DNA of 52,069 bases from Leadbetterella sp. (GTDB taxonomy: Bacteria > Bacteroidota > Bacteroidia > Cytophagales > Spirosomataceae), in NCBI GenBank assembly GCA_051649345.1, contig JBOFGX010000173.1, positions 1-52,069 of the forward strand, written 5' to 3'. Position 1 is the stretch's first letter; each line of letters begins with the position of its first letter. Below the pieces are notes generated by a model. The model worked only from the letters and a program-made list of their open reading frames with translations. It had not been told where the DNA came from and ran no database searches. Position numbers and translations under genes: made by a program. Positions 43,001 through 51,376 of this stretch are shown in pieces.

Positions 43001-44549
43001 CAAGAAGTTCACGCGTGCACCTGGAGATGACGAAGTCATAAAAATACCACCTCCACAAGTGGGCAAGACATTGGCAAGATTACTGATGGCCATACGAGGA
43101 ATAAACTTTAATTTAAGTCTAATAGAAACAACTCTTTTACCCGGATTTTTACCAAGTCCTACATATTTTGGATTGGATCATAATAACAAAATGGCACCTG
43201 GTCTTGAATTTGTCATGGGAGCTCAAAACTCCAATATTCATAAAATAGCCGCACAAAAAGGCTGGCTATCCAGCAGTATTATTCAAAATAATCCTTTTAC
43301 GCAAACGAGGGCATTTAAGTTTGATTATAGTACGAGTATAGAACCTTTTAAGGGTTTCAGAATGGTCATTAAAGGTAATTTGAGTCGGGGAGATTCTTAC
43401 CAAGAGTTATATAGGACAGGCGAAGTTGGCGGTGGCTTTAAGACCTTGAATTCAGAATCTCCGCTAGAATCTGTTAGCAGCTATAAGAGCCTGAATCCCG
43501 TACGAAATGGCAATTTCACGATGTCCTTTTGGTCATTCAAAACCGCATTCCGTAGAGTAAGTCGAGATTCTGCTACACTTTATCAATACAAGGTATTTGA
43601 CAATATGGTTACTAACCGTGATAGTATTAAAACCAAATTAGAACAAATTAACGCTGGAGGCGAAATGGGCAGATATGACATAAATTCACAGGATGTTCTT
43701 ATTCCCGCGTTCTTTAGTGCATACAGCGGCCAAAGTCTGGACAAAATATTTAGAAAGTCTCAAAAAAGAGGTAGTAAGACGTTTAATCCTTTCTTAACCT
43801 TACCCATGCCTAATTGGAGAATTGATTACCAAGGATTGGAAAAACTTCCCATCTTCAGAAGTGTGTTTAAGTCCATTACGCTCAATCATAGTTATTCTTC
43901 GACCTACAGCGTAGGTAACTTTACGTCGTCACTAGAATACGACGCGAATTTATTGAATCTAGCTGTTCGTGATTATCCACTGGGGGATAAAACCTTAAAT
44001 TCTCTAATTGAAAGACCTGTAATTGGTGGGACAGCTATGTTTATACCCACATTTATCATGAGTACTATTACAATGGAAGAAAAGCTCTCGCCAGTTATTG
44101 GTGTACAGTTTACTACAAAAAGTAACTTTACAGGTTCATTTAGTTGGAACAAAGAACGCAAAGCCATGTTAAACCTTTCCAATGCACAAGTAGCAGAAAC
44201 CAACGCGAATGATTTTACTTTTGGATTTGGATTTAAGCGTAAAAACATTAAGCTACCCATCCGCAATGCTCGTGGAAAAAATGTAATCATGAAAAACGAT
44301 GCTAACTTCAGATTTGATGTAACCAGTCGTGACTTGAAAGTACTGCAAAGAAAACTAGACGGTGATGTAGTACCAATGAATGGTTTATACAATTTACAGA
44401 TTAGACCACAAGTACAATACCAGATAAACAAAAGAATTAGTACGAGTATGTATTTCGAAAGATTAGTAAACACACCTTTCACTTCCTTGACATACAATAC
44501 CTCATCTTCTATTTTTGGGTTAAATGCACGTTTCAACTTAAGCGACTAA
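37035..44549 (+). CDS. sprA: T9SS outer-membrane translocon SprA/Sov
   Basis: 2504 aa; YDENRHFFL, WDLMMKNVY, SMRFIRM, YVVPPG, PMPNWRI; position after ruvA. Confidence 0.95.
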   Translation: MAYKKTNYLLLLFLMLCSLAYGQKKGIKKDSTITKKPLSTAGASSVTIAKDTIPFKNAKVSFLENWKDTYLQRIVDQPSPFLSIYPDTVKSDVQLNIKNKTFEFTEKSAAQLDYKPNQLLNIDQYNSIVNQSVKKSLLRDYEKLQDGNSKFGGKKLNPLLGDNKIFDRLFGGKIPEFMPNGFIGIDLRAGSQFIDNPSTPIALRRSPIFDWDQQIAVNFNNLFNGSGSEGADGQENLPNIPNLDNAKEELYKNPQLSDLKNVLGRAGQVKEKMQITGNFDTKSAFNFENRFKLAFKNDPEDILQKIELGNVSMPNRSQLIPGVQNLLGGKIALKFGHLDITAVGAQQNSRTQSILINSGNQNRGFEIRCDNYDENRHFFLSQFFRDNYEKSLGRLPVVTSGVRITRVEVYVTNRTANVSSMRSLVGLSDLGETKPYKTNVVTPNSGIIAADNQANNLYSLVNSNSTVRSIDNTSRVLSGLSLTNGEDFELLRGAKRLTDREFEIQPELGYISLNTPLRNDEILAVAYEYTYQGRPYKVGELTEDYVSRKEDEVIMLKLIKSSTIRNRLNNPMWDLMMKNVYMLSQSQIKKEGFQLRIVYKDDATGLDSPNFKEGNLANKPILEALGLDRLNFNLDPLNDGNFDYIEGVTISEKYGMVIFPVLEPFGSHLAGKLSDKALSDKYVFNELYDKTLSDAQQVTLKNKFFLVGSVQSSGTEINLPLGASGSSVRVYAGGTELKEGVDFTVDSQLGRLMITNQSIMSSGRQIRIDYESPDLFQSQVRRLFGLRLDYTLSRNLRIGGTFMNLREAPPGLISRTSIGNEPVNNSQWGIDLNWKADLPNLTRFLDALPGIQTKEKSSIILNTEFAQLRPGVNNKRINGSSMIDDFEFARNTNDLSRQQNKWRLGSTPLSILNRIGKNALGQNPYLYNYNRAVMSIYTIDPTTYINDGFGGGGQVPQEIARKASNNIYEKAYSINSIFPGRSLNVLQQSLPSQILDVSFFPKEPGMYNYNPNLTPEGYLEDHKKSFGSIMRGLTFDADFDNANIEILEFWLLDPFKDAVNDGQANGNKKNIMGGKFKIHLGDVSEDVIPDSRFNFENGIKKDSKFSKPDTTKWGYAPKTQFTTDGFDTQESTRKSQDVGLDGLSNNEEQTFGHIKEYLDQVSTKVKPEVYKKIQEDPSRDDFKFFLDTKFDENPGISLLERFKGYLGFENNAPLSESSNSGYTQSVSNTADKEDINQDNTINEIEDYYEYELNLKPEELEVGKQNIVDKVNAEGADWFLFRIPIKSPTRSFPTDKEGFKSMRFIRMVAEEWDEPVVLRFASLQLVSNQYRVYESKLDDSSNFEVKETDINVQFNVSSVNVEENGCPQDGDCNIKKGTIPYVVPPGFVRDFDQNSVNQIIYQNEQSLRLTVSNLPGGKARAIFKNTQSDLNMYKRIKMFVHAENKGNAPDSAGAFLRIGTDLKNNYYEIEIPYLRMTIDTNSKDPTVIWPSKNEFDIPLDELRNLKLKRNRSNAPFDKIYGGDTLVKILGTESGIDDFDSNPTFERNYYLRIKGNPDLGNIMTMMIGIKNNDLNDKIGIEFTTWFDEFRAFGFDTETGEAGIFSSDIKLADLATVSLSGNFKNYGYGGVQDRISMRSREKSIGFGVASTIELDKFLPSKWGLSVPLFVNFDQQRITPEFNPLDPDIRLDDAISNNELIPNEKKNKYQEKFSRKIVQEVYTTKGFNFTNVHKVKTQENPTNHFYDLENFSLSYAKNSIERRNFLVYQYLATQNRAGLSYQYSPKPRSWTPFDKANKMDKRFIKNFKDLNFGFIPTNIGFRSDYDRSSIKNLFRGPNLDTTGVKPNIIKYFLGNRYYDAQWEFTKSISISYSSQMTAIQDDIDSITIKEVDFLKGISRRGRPKNFVQKIQATYQIPLDRFFLLDWIKMDSRYNNNYGFQAGFFEIKNGKQLNEFGNMVENGREFGLSGKVDLVKLYNKLKYLKAANTPKTPPKKFTRAPGDDEVIKIPPPQVGKTLARLLMAIRGINFNLSLIETTLLPGFLPSPTYFGLDHNNKMAPGLEFVMGAQNSNIHKIAAQKGWLSSSIIQNNPFTQTRAFKFDYSTSIEPFKGFRMVIKGNLSRGDSYQELYRTGEVGGGFKTLNSESPLESVSSYKSLNPVRNGNFTMSFWSFKTAFRRVSRDSATLYQYKVFDNMVTNRDSIKTKLEQINAGGEMGRYDINSQDVLIPAFFSAYSGQSLDKIFRKSQKRGSKTFNPFLTLPMPNWRIDYQGLEKLPIFRSVFKSITLNHSYSSTYSVGNFTSSLEYDANLLNLAVRDYPLGDKTLNSLIERPVIGGTAMFIPTFIMSTITMEEKLSPVIGVQFTTKSNFTGSFSWNKERKAMLNLSNAQVAETNANDFTFGFGFKRKNIKLPIRNARGKNVIMKNDANFRFDVTSRDLKVLQRKLDGDVVPMNGLYNLQIRPQVQYQINKRISTSMYFERLVNTPFTSLTYNTSSSIFGLNARFNLSD

Positions 44550-44559
44550 ACTATCTATT

Positions 44560-45018
44560 ATGATCCTTCGAGTTGTACTGTTTCTAATTCTTAATTTCGC
44601 GGCTCTGGCCATTGGTGCTTCTTCAACATCCACAGAAGTTAAAGGCATCTGGTATTCCGCCCTCAACAAAGCCCCTTGGACACCTCCGGGTTGGTTTTTT
44701 GGTCTTGTATGGACGACCATTATGATTTGCTTTGCTGTATATATGTCATTTGGGTGGGAAAAAGCTCAAAATAAGAAAGCTATAGTAGGACTCTACAGTA
44801 TTCAATGGATTCTAAATGTATCTTGGAATCCCATATTCTTTGCGTACCATCAAACAGGTATTGCACTTCTAATCATATCCTTATTGACTTTACTAATTGG
44901 ATACATGCAATTTGTAAATCTTAAGACGCTCAAATCAAAATCCCTTTTAATTTCTCCCTATTTTGTTTGGCTGATTGTGGCGACATCATTGAATCTTTAC
45001 GTGTGTGTGATGAACTAA
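44560..45018 (+). CDS. tspO: TspO/MBR tryptophan-rich sensory protein
   Basis: WYSALNKAPWTPPGWFFGLVWT, LNVSWNPIFF, PYFVWLIVATSLN. Confidence 0.93.
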   Translation: MILRVVLFLILNFAALAIGASSTSTEVKGIWYSALNKAPWTPPGWFFGLVWTTIMICFAVYMSFGWEKAQNKKAIVGLYSIQWILNVSWNPIFFAYHQTGIALLIISLLTLLIGYMQFVNLKTLKSKSLLISPYFVWLIVATSLNLYVCVMN

Positions 45019-45028
45019 AAAATCTATA

Positions 45029-45799
45029 TTACTGCCAATGGAACGGGTGTCTATTACCCGAATATTCTTTTAGTTCTAGATTTATCGTACTTACTTTAAA
45101 ATCAGCTTCAATACGAATGGGAACATGGTTTGCATCATCGGATACCCAAATGCGAATACCATTTTCGTCTTTAAACATATCATTTTTAGGGAGTATAGGA
45201 TTGAGTTTTATAACATTTATCGTACCAAATTTTGTCTTGACTTTACCCTTACCCGCATACTTAATTTTCATCATATAGAGGTCCTCATCAAAAAACAAGG
45301 GTGCACTTACCGTCCCTCCTATCTGTATTTTTGAGTAGTCCAATGTTCTCAAAAAATAATATCCTGAAACTACATCGAGTGTATTATCAGGCACGTTAAA
45401 AGACTTTGTTTTATCTTTTTCAGTCTTATGAACTTGATTTTTATGATGATCAAAAATCATGGACTGGTCTCTTCTATAATCATTTTCTCTGGCAGAGTAC
45501 GCAAATTTATGGGGTACCATGGCCGATGTATCTACGTAGGATGAATACGTATTGCGTACCTTCCATAAGGACGTAAGCCCTGCTGTTTTTCCTACCACGT
45601 CAATCTTGTAACAATGGCGGTTATTCAGAGAATACAAAATAGGATCTACGGTAACATTAGCTTGACCGATGGTCAGAAAGCCATATTTCACTTTAAACTC
45701 ATATTTTTCACCTGATTTGAAGCTAGTATTGTGGACGGATCTATAATCCGATTGTATTGCGAATGATAGGAATACGAAAGCAATTAGGGTTTTAACCAT
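45029..45799 (-). CDS. DUF3108-family protein
   Basis: FKSGEKYEFKVKYG, DVVSGYYFLR, IWVSDDANHVPIRI; TAATTTTG box at 45822-45829. Confidence 0.8.
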   Translation of the reverse strand: MVKTLIAFVFLSFAIQSDYRSVHNTSFKSGEKYEFKVKYGFLTIGQANVTVDPILYSLNNRHCYKIDVVGKTAGLTSLWKVRNTYSSYVDTSAMVPHKFAYSARENDYRRDQSMIFDHHKNQVHKTEKDKTKSFNVPDNTLDVVSGYYFLRTLDYSKIQIGGTVSAPLFFDEDLYMMKIKYAGKGKVKTKFGTINVIKLNPILPKNDMFKDENGIRIWVSDDANHVPIRIEADFKVSTINLELKEYSGNRHPFHWQ

Positions 45800-45832
45800 G
45801 TGGTTTTCAACTTGTGAAGCCCAAAATTAAAT

Positions 45833-45867
45833 AAAAATGGTACAAGATAAAAATCCTGCACCATTTT
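45833..45867 (-). terminator. Intrinsic terminator of recA
   Basis: Minus strand AAAATGGTGCAGGAT-tttt-ATCTTGTACCATTTTT. Confidence 0.7.
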
Positions 45868-45894
45868 AACATTTTGTTATACAATTATTTGGGG

Positions 45895-46941
45895 TTATTC
45901 ATCATTCATTTCTTCTCCAGTCATATCTTTAAGAGCATCTGAATTACCAGCTACTGCATCTTTTATTCTTACTTCTAGTTCTGCCATCAGTTCTGGATTA
46001 TCTTTTATAAGTTGCTTAACTGCATCTCTACCTTGTCCTAATTTACTTTCGGCGTAAGAAAACCACGACCCTGACTTCTTCACAATTTCTAAATCAACGG
46101 CTAAATCCAGAACTTCTCCAGATTTCGAAACCCCTTCACCATACATGATATCAAACTCTATTACCTTAAAGGGAGGAGCCACTTTGTTTTTTACAACTTT
46201 CACACGGGTACGGTTTCCAATAATATTGGTATCGTTATCTTTGATTTGTCCAATCCTACGTATATCTATTCTTACAGATGCATAAAACTTTAATGCATTA
46301 CCACCCGTTGTTGTTTCTGGACTACCAAACATCACCCCTATCTTGTCTCTTAACTGATTTATAAAAATACAACAGCAACCTGTCTTGTTGATTGTACCTG
46401 TCAACTTACGTAGAGCTTGCGACATCAATCGAGCTTGAAGACCCATTTTGCTGTCCCCCATGTCTCCATCAAGCTCTGCTTTGGGCACAAGTGCAGCTAC
46501 AGAGTCAATTACACATATGTCAATGGCTCCAGACGAAATCAAATGTTCTGCAATCTCTAAAGCCTGCTCTCCATAATCAGGCTGTGAAATCAAAAGATTT
46601 TTAGTATCGATACCCAATTTCTCGGCATACACGCGATCAAAAGCATGTTCAGCATCAATAAATGCGGCAATTCCGCCCTGTTTTTGAGCTTCGGCAATTG
46701 CATGCATGGCCAAGGTAGTTTTACCCGATGATTCAGGACCATAGATTTCTATTACACGTCCTTTGGGGAATCCACTTACTCCCAAAGCAAGATCCAAGCC
46801 TAAAGAGCCTGTAGAAATAACAGGAACATCCATTACTTTGGTATCACTTAAACGCATAACGGTACCCTTACCAAATGCTTTATCGAGTTTATCAAGTGTA
46901 GACTGAAGTACTTTTAACTTATCGGCGTTTTCTGAAGACAT
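45895..46941 (-). CDS. recA: Recombinase RecA
   Basis: [32 protein letters not shown]. Confidence 0.99.
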   Translation of the reverse strand: MSSENADKLKVLQSTLDKLDKAFGKGTVMRLSDTKVMDVPVISTGSLGLDLALGVSGFPKGRVIEIYGPESSGKTTLAMHAIAEAQKQGGIAAFIDAEHAFDRVYAEKLGIDTKNLLISQPDYGEQALEIAEHLISSGAIDICVIDSVAALVPKAELDGDMGDSKMGLQARLMSQALRKLTGTINKTGCCCIFINQLRDKIGVMFGSPETTTGGNALKFYASVRIDIRRIGQIKDNDTNIIGNRTRVKVVKNKVAPPFKVIEFDIMYGEGVSKSGEVLDLAVDLEIVKKSGSWFSYAESKLGQGRDAVKQLIKDNPELMAELEVRIKDAVAGNSDALKDMTGEEMNDE

Positions 46942-46971
46942 TGTATATATATTATTGATTCAAATCTGATT

Positions 46972-47017
46972 CAAAGGTATATAAAAAATTTAGTAATGAA
47001 TAGCTAAAAAAATTAGC
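46972..47017 (-). promoter_or_regulatory. recA promoter (-7 TACCTTTG) with candidate operator palindromes
   Basis: -7 box 46972-46979; GCTAA-N5-TTAGC at 47003-47017; ATAA-N5-TTAG at 46981-46993. Confidence 0.6.
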
Positions 47018-47141
47018 AATAGATACTTCTCATTAAAAGAGAGAATAGAATAAATGTATTAAAATATTAATAAACAACATATTAACACATTTATACTGAA
47101 TAACCCTTCCACCTTCTTCAAAGAAGCCGTACCTTTGTATC

Positions 47142-48464
47142 ATGAATGAATCCTCTGAATTTTCGTCTTTCAATATCACCAAACAGCTCCAAAATGCTTT
47201 GGATGATTTGGGCTTTACACATCCTATTGGAATCCAAAAAGAAGTCTTCAACCCTATCATGGCGGGTAAAGATGTATTTGGACTATCCCAAACAGGTTCT
47301 GGTAAAACACTAGCTTACCTCTTACCTAGCATTCGGATGTGGTCCTTTAGTAAAGATAAGTTGCCTCAGATCTTAGTATTGGTACCAACGCTTGAAATGG
47401 TGAATCAAGTCGCTCAAGTCGCGAGATCTCTGGCCAAGTATCTTAGTTTTGATGTACAAGAGATACATGGTGGTGTAAATCCCAAAGTGCATATAAAGCA
47501 ATTACAAAATGGCTGCGATATGGTCATTGCCACAACGGGACGCTGCTTAGATTTGATTCAAGCAGGTATCATCAAAACGAAGAATATTAAAAAAGTCATA
47601 CTCGATGAATACGACATTATGCTTGATATGGGTTTTAGACCTCAGATAGAGCAAATATTTCATAAACTCCCAGAAAAAAAACAACACCTATTTTTTTCGG
47701 CCACATTTGGTGAAGATATGACTGAGTTTCTAGATGACTACCTCAAAGATCATGTCTTAATAGAATCCAATCAAGGAACTATTCCAAGTGGAATTCAGCA
47801 ATTTCACTATTTGTTGCCCAACTTTTCAAGTAAAATCAATCTTTTGGATCTATTGATTACGAATGACCCATCATTACAAAAGATTTTGATTTTCGCTTCC
47901 AAAAAGGAGTGGGCTGATATTATTTTCAATACCCTTAAAAGTAGAGGATTTCAGGATTTAGAAATATTACATGGAAATAAGTCCTACAATACACGTACAA
48001 GCACGCTCGCCAAATTCAAATCAGGAGAATCCAAGATTCTAATTTGTAGTGATATTGCTTCCAGAGGTCTCGATATAGCTGATATTAGCCATGTAATCAA
48101 TATGGATGTCCCTTCACCAGATGAAGATTACATACATAGAATTGGGCGAACGGGGAGAAACAATCAGTCCGGCTCTGTGTACAACTTAATTGCTGAAAGT
48201 GAATTACCCGTTTGGAACAGCTTACAAGAAAACCTAGGTATCCACTCCCTGCAAAAAACAACCCCAGAATTCCTTGAGCTTTCAGATCTATTGTATGGAT
48301 TCGAGATAGAGCGTGAAAAAATCAAAAAGACCTATAAAACCAGCATTAAAAATGATTCTGGGGCATTTCATGAAAAGCTCGATAAAAACAAAAAGGTAAA
48401 CGTAAGGCGAAACATCGAAAAAGAGAAGCAAAAAAAATACGGCAAACAGTATCGCAAGGAATAG
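47142..48464 (+). CDS. DEAD-box-family RNA helicase with divergent motifs
   Basis: Q motif, SQTGSGKT, DEYD, SAT, SRGLD, HRIGRTGR. Confidence 0.92.
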   Translation: MNESSEFSSFNITKQLQNALDDLGFTHPIGIQKEVFNPIMAGKDVFGLSQTGSGKTLAYLLPSIRMWSFSKDKLPQILVLVPTLEMVNQVAQVARSLAKYLSFDVQEIHGGVNPKVHIKQLQNGCDMVIATTGRCLDLIQAGIIKTKNIKKVILDEYDIMLDMGFRPQIEQIFHKLPEKKQHLFFSATFGEDMTEFLDDYLKDHVLIESNQGTIPSGIQQFHYLLPNFSSKINLLDLLITNDPSLQKILIFASKKEWADIIFNTLKSRGFQDLEILHGNKSYNTRTSTLAKFKSGESKILICSDIASRGLDIADISHVINMDVPSPDEDYIHRIGRTGRNNQSGSVYNLIAESELPVWNSLQENLGIHSLQKTTPEFLELSDLLYGFEIEREKIKKTYKTSIKNDSGAFHEKLDKNKKVNVRRNIEKEKQKKYGKQYRKE

Positions 48465-48513
48465 TTATTTTTGTCAATCCTAATATCTAACTGTTAATTC
48501 CAAGTTATATTGC

Positions 48514-49137
48514 TCATTTAGGATCATACTTCACTAACTCCCAGTAATCTTCTTCGGACTTTACTAAAACCTCATGAGCACGCTCCCTACCATACTCATT
48601 GGCGATAATACAATGGCTTTCTTCGTCTGGAAGATTCTTGTAGGTTAAAAAATAGTGTTTAAGCTTTTTTACAATCCCTTTAGGTAAATCAGCTATATCA
48701 TTATATCCATCATATACAGGATCTCCTTCTAAAACACCTATGATTTTATCATCGGCTTCTCCCTTGTCTACTAGCGAAAAACCACCAATGGGACGAATAT
48801 TACATAAAATATCACCATGGGCTATGGAATGACTTGTAAGTATACAAACGTCCAAAGGATCTCCATCACCAAGCTTGATTTCTAAATCCGTATGACTTTG
48901 AGCTAGCTCTGCAACTCTTTTCCCACAATACGTACGAGGCACAAATCCGTACAATGTAGGCACTAGATTTGAAAATTTTTGGACTCTATCAATCCTTAAA
49001 AACCCAGAATCTTTATCGATCTCATATTTGACCGTATCTGTTGGCACTATCTCTACAAATGCAATGATCTGCGATGGAAACATGTCTGACTGTACGATAC
49101 CATGCCACGGGTGAGCTTTTTGAAAATTAATTTTCAT
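48514..49137 (-). CDS. ppa: Family I inorganic pyrophosphatase
   Basis: HPWHG, KYEIDK, YGFVPRT, DGDPLD, DKGEADDK. Confidence 0.93.
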   Translation of the reverse strand: MKINFQKAHPWHGIVQSDMFPSQIIAFVEIVPTDTVKYEIDKDSGFLRIDRVQKFSNLVPTLYGFVPRTYCGKRVAELAQSHTDLEIKLGDGDPLDVCILTSHSIAHGDILCNIRPIGGFSLVDKGEADDKIIGVLEGDPVYDGYNDIADLPKGIVKKLKHYFLTYKNLPDEESHCIIANEYGRERAHEVLVKSEEDYWELVKYDPK

Positions 49138-49251
49138 TTTTTACTTACTTTTTTTGGGTTTAAAAAAAAAGATTGATTGTTTTGTAACAAAATATGTACT
49201 TAGTACGTATTAACATAAATTTAAATCACAAATATTTAGCGAATTTCACCT

Positions 49252-49608
49252 ATGGCTGGCAATAAACCAAAAGTTATCAAAGATTTTGACAAACTTTCTG
49301 ATGAAATGCAAGAGCAAATAGTAGAATTGTACCCCAATGGCTATCACGAGCATTTAGTAAAGTTTACAGATAAAGACGGGAAATACGTTCATGCTGTACC
49401 TTTTGAAACCGAAGATAGATATTATTTAGTAAGAATGCCAAATTTGGTTTCTCCTCCAAAATCAAAGGTTGTAGAATCCGATGATGCACCCAAAGATGAT
49501 GATCATGAAAGTGAGCAAGATGGTGATTCTGATAAGTATGCAGATCTTGATACGATGCAGGTAAGCAGCGGTCGTAAAAGCCGTGATGATGACGATGATT
49601 ATGATTAA
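49252..49608 (+). CDS. Small hypothetical protein with very acidic C-terminal tail
   Basis: KVIKDFDKL...YPNGY...AVPFETEDRYYLV resembles a Bacteroidota family of unknown function (recalled, not searched). Confidence 0.7.
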   Translation: MAGNKPKVIKDFDKLSDEMQEQIVELYPNGYHEHLVKFTDKDGKYVHAVPFETEDRYYLVRMPNLVSPPKSKVVESDDAPKDDDHESEQDGDSDKYADLDTMQVSSGRKSRDDDDDYD

Positions 49609-49620
49609 TAAAACAAAAAA

Positions 49621-50097
49621 ATGAAAAAAAACGTATTAAGTCTTTTGCTTTCTCTTCTAACAATTGTAGGTTTCAGCCAATCTGGAATAAAGTTTGAACA
49701 CAGTACATGGGAAGCCGCCATAAAAAAGGCAAAGTCAGAAAATAAACTTATTTTCTTTGATGCCTACACGTCATGGTGTGGCCCGTGCAAGATGCTCCAA
49801 AGAGATGTTTTTCCTAACGAAAAATTAGGCACTTACTTTAATTCAAATTTCATAAACGTGAAGTTTGATATGGAAGAAGGTGAAGGTATATCATTATCCA
49901 ATAAATATCCTGTAAGAGGATATCCGACTTTGTTTTTCATTGATCCTAATTCAGGAAAAATCGTCAATCAAGTGTTGGGATACAAAACAGCGGATCAATT
50001 ACTGAGCATAGGTCAAGAATCATCAAAAGTAAAGCCATCTAGTACGCCAGCCAAAGACAATTCTATTAAATCGAAAAAAATTAAGAAGGCTGCTTAA
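49621..50097 (+). CDS. Exported thioredoxin-family protein
   Basis: Signal peptide, WCGPC, GYPT. Confidence 0.9.
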   Translation: MKKNVLSLLLSLLTIVGFSQSGIKFEHSTWEAAIKKAKSENKLIFFDAYTSWCGPCKMLQRDVFPNEKLGTYFNSNFINVKFDMEEGEGISLSNKYPVRGYPTLFFIDPNSGKIVNQVLGYKTADQLLSIGQESSKVKPSSTPAKDNSIKSKKIKKAA

Positions 50098-51365
50098 TTC
50101 TTAAGGCTATTTAGGCGAATCGTAACAGCATTCTTATGGGCCGAAAGGCCTTCTGCCTCTGCCATTATTTCTACTGTTCTACCTATTGCTTTTAATCCGT
50201 CTTTGCTTATGTTTTGATAGGTAATCTTTTTCACAAAACTATCCAGAGATACTCCGCTATAAGCTTTTGCATATCCATTGGTTGGCAGTGTATGATTGGT
50301 GCCTGAAGCATAGTCACCACAACTTTCCGGTGTGTAATGACCTAAGAATACGGAGCCTGCATTGGTGATTTTGTCAGAGAACGAAACAAAATCATCCGTC
50401 GCTAAAATCAAATGCTCAGCGGCGTACATATTCAACAAATCAATTGCTTGCTCTTGGGTTTCTACTAAAACGGCTTTAGAGTTCTGTATAGACTTAGAAG
50501 CTAAGTCCACGCGAGGTAATTCTGCCAATTGGATAGATAGAACTTCAATGATCTTGTGTATGATATCTTTTGACGTGCTTACCAACAGTACCTGTGAATC
50601 TGCACCGTGCTCAGCTTGTGAAAGCAAATCTGCAGATACAAATTCTGGAATAGAGGTTTCATCTGCATAAATGGCTACTTCGGATGGCCCAGCAGGCATA
50701 TCAATGGCAATTCCAAATTGTGTAGCCATCTGCTTTGCTGTTGTCACATACTGATTGCCCGGACCAAATATTTTATATACATTAGGGATTTGTGACGTAC
50801 CAAAAGTCATAGCCGCTATTGCTTGTGCCCCCCCTACTCTAAAAACACGTGTGATTCCAACTTTCTTAGCAGCATAGTAAATGGCAGGGTTATCCGAAGG
50901 AGTACACATAATCCGCTCTTTACATCCGGCAATCTGAGCAGGCACACCTAGCATAAGTATGGTAGAAAACAAAGGTGCAGTACCACCTGGAATATAAAAC
51001 CCTACCTTATCAATGGCAACAGATTTTCTATAGCAATTCACCCCCGGCATAGTTTCTACAGGAGCTTCAACGTACTTTTGATTTTCGTGAAATCTATAAA
51101 TATTATCGTAGGCAGTATCTATTGCCCCTTTAAGCTCTGAGGATATTTTACTGTCTGAATTTTGAATCTCTATAGAATCTACTTCAAAATCAGTAATCAC
51201 TTGATTATCAAATTCAAATGCATACTTTTTTAAAGCGTTATCTCCATCAATGCGAACATTATCCAATATTTGCCGAACCTTTGAATTTAGGTCTTCTTGG
51301 TTCATGACAGGACGTTTACAAATATCAGCAAACTCAGAAACCTTGGGATAGTAAAGGATTTTCAT
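50094..51365 (-). CDS. hisD: Histidinol dehydrogenase
   Basis: YIPGG, GPGNQYV, IDMPAGPSE, LSQAEH, GTNHTLPT. Confidence 0.98.
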   Translation of the reverse strand: MKILYYPKVSEFADICKRPVMNQEDLNSKVRQILDNVRIDGDNALKKYAFEFDNQVITDFEVDSIEIQNSDSKISSELKGAIDTAYDNIYRFHENQKYVEAPVETMPGVNCYRKSVAIDKVGFYIPGGTAPLFSTILMLGVPAQIAGCKERIMCTPSDNPAIYYAAKKVGITRVFRVGGAQAIAAMTFGTSQIPNVYKIFGPGNQYVTTAKQMATQFGIAIDMPAGPSEVAIYADETSIPEFVSADLLSQAEHGADSQVLLVSTSKDIIHKIIEVLSIQLAELPRVDLASKSIQNSKAVLVETQEQAIDLLNMYAAEHLILATDDFVSFSDKITNAGSVFLGHYTPESCGDYASGTNHTLPTNGYAKAYSGVSLDSFVKKITYQNISKDGLKAIGRTVEIMAEAEGLSAHKNAVTIRLNSLKN

Positions 51366-51376
51366 TGAATCTCGAA

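Noticed and set aside
43973-44536. 187 aa antisense ORF in sprA and other antisense ORFs in the track
   Set aside because: They are shadow frames of long genes, with no motifs or expression signals.
49208-49235. dif-like site (TTAACATAA half)
   Set aside because: Only the XerD-like arm resembles dif; no XerC arm lies at 6 nt spacing.
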